Translations under genes and position numbers: made by a program | Notes under the pieces: generated by a model | Seen by the model: the letters and a program-made list of their open reading frames with translations, nothing else | The model's database searches: none | What the model was told of the DNA's origin: nothing | Assembly (NCBI RefSeq): GCF_036321535.1 | Contig: NC_087436.1 | Span: forward strand, 102,426,001-102,490,000 | DNA: 64,000 bases | Origin: Camelus dromedarius | Lineage: Eukaryota | Direction of reading: 5' to 3' | In this document: positions 63,743 to 64,000 of the stretch, piece by piece | Numbering within the stretch: the stretch's first letter is position 1 | Layout of the letters: the number at the start of each line of letters is the position of its first letter

Positions 63743-64000
63743 CTGTGTTAGAAAAAATGCTTGATATAATCTCTACCCTTTTAAACTTGTTCAGACTGTT
63801 TTGTGGCCAAGCATGTGATCTATCCTGGAGAATATGCCATGTGCACTTGAAGAAAATGTGTATTCTGCTGTTTGGGGATGAAATGACCTTTAGACATCTA
63901 TTAAGTCCAACTGGTCAATGTCATTTATGACTACTGTTTTCTTACTCATTTTCTGTCTGATCTGTCCATTGATATAAGTGGAGTGTTAAAGCCCCCCACT
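63743..64000 (-). mobile_element. LINE-1 ORF2 endonuclease-domain fragment, runs off the window
   Basis: Reverse complement matches 18075-18335 (GAATACACATTTTCTTCAAGTGCACATGG...CCAGGATAGATCACATG). Confidence 0.92.

Overview
This is mammalian genomic DNA: AT-rich, CpG-depleted and dominated by transposable-element debris. I find no intact protein-coding gene, RNA gene or CRISPR array. The listed ORFs are short, and the recognisable ones are decayed LINE-1 fragments or antisense/chance frames. Content: (1) LINE-1 copies of several ages, including a ~4.8 kb internally deleted element at 17.0-21.8 kb and an L1 5'UTR/ORF1 at 61.9-63.5 kb; (2) about ten solo or partial ERV LTRs, four with readable target-site duplications (three ERV1-type with 4 bp, one ERVK/betaretrovirus-type with 6 bp); (3) MaLR/MLT, L2, MIR, hAT and Tigger relics; (4) microsatellites. 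The younger L1 3' ends are artiodactyl-type and I see no ruminant, pig, cetacean, primate, rodent or carnivore SINEs, which points (by inference) to a camelid. The best observations are retrotransposition footprints (a 39-bp L1 tip nested in another L1 with a 13-bp TSD, a twin-primed 5'-inverted L1, an ERVL pol scrap between two opposed L1 pieces), a young-looking ERVK solo LTR, two related MER41-like LTRs, and two non-repeat promoter-like islands (~28.5 kb, ~56.6 kb). I did not find a convincing novel biological system. Repeat subfamily names are from memory of consensus sequences and need RepeatMasker/Dfam confirmation; boundaries of old elements are approximate.
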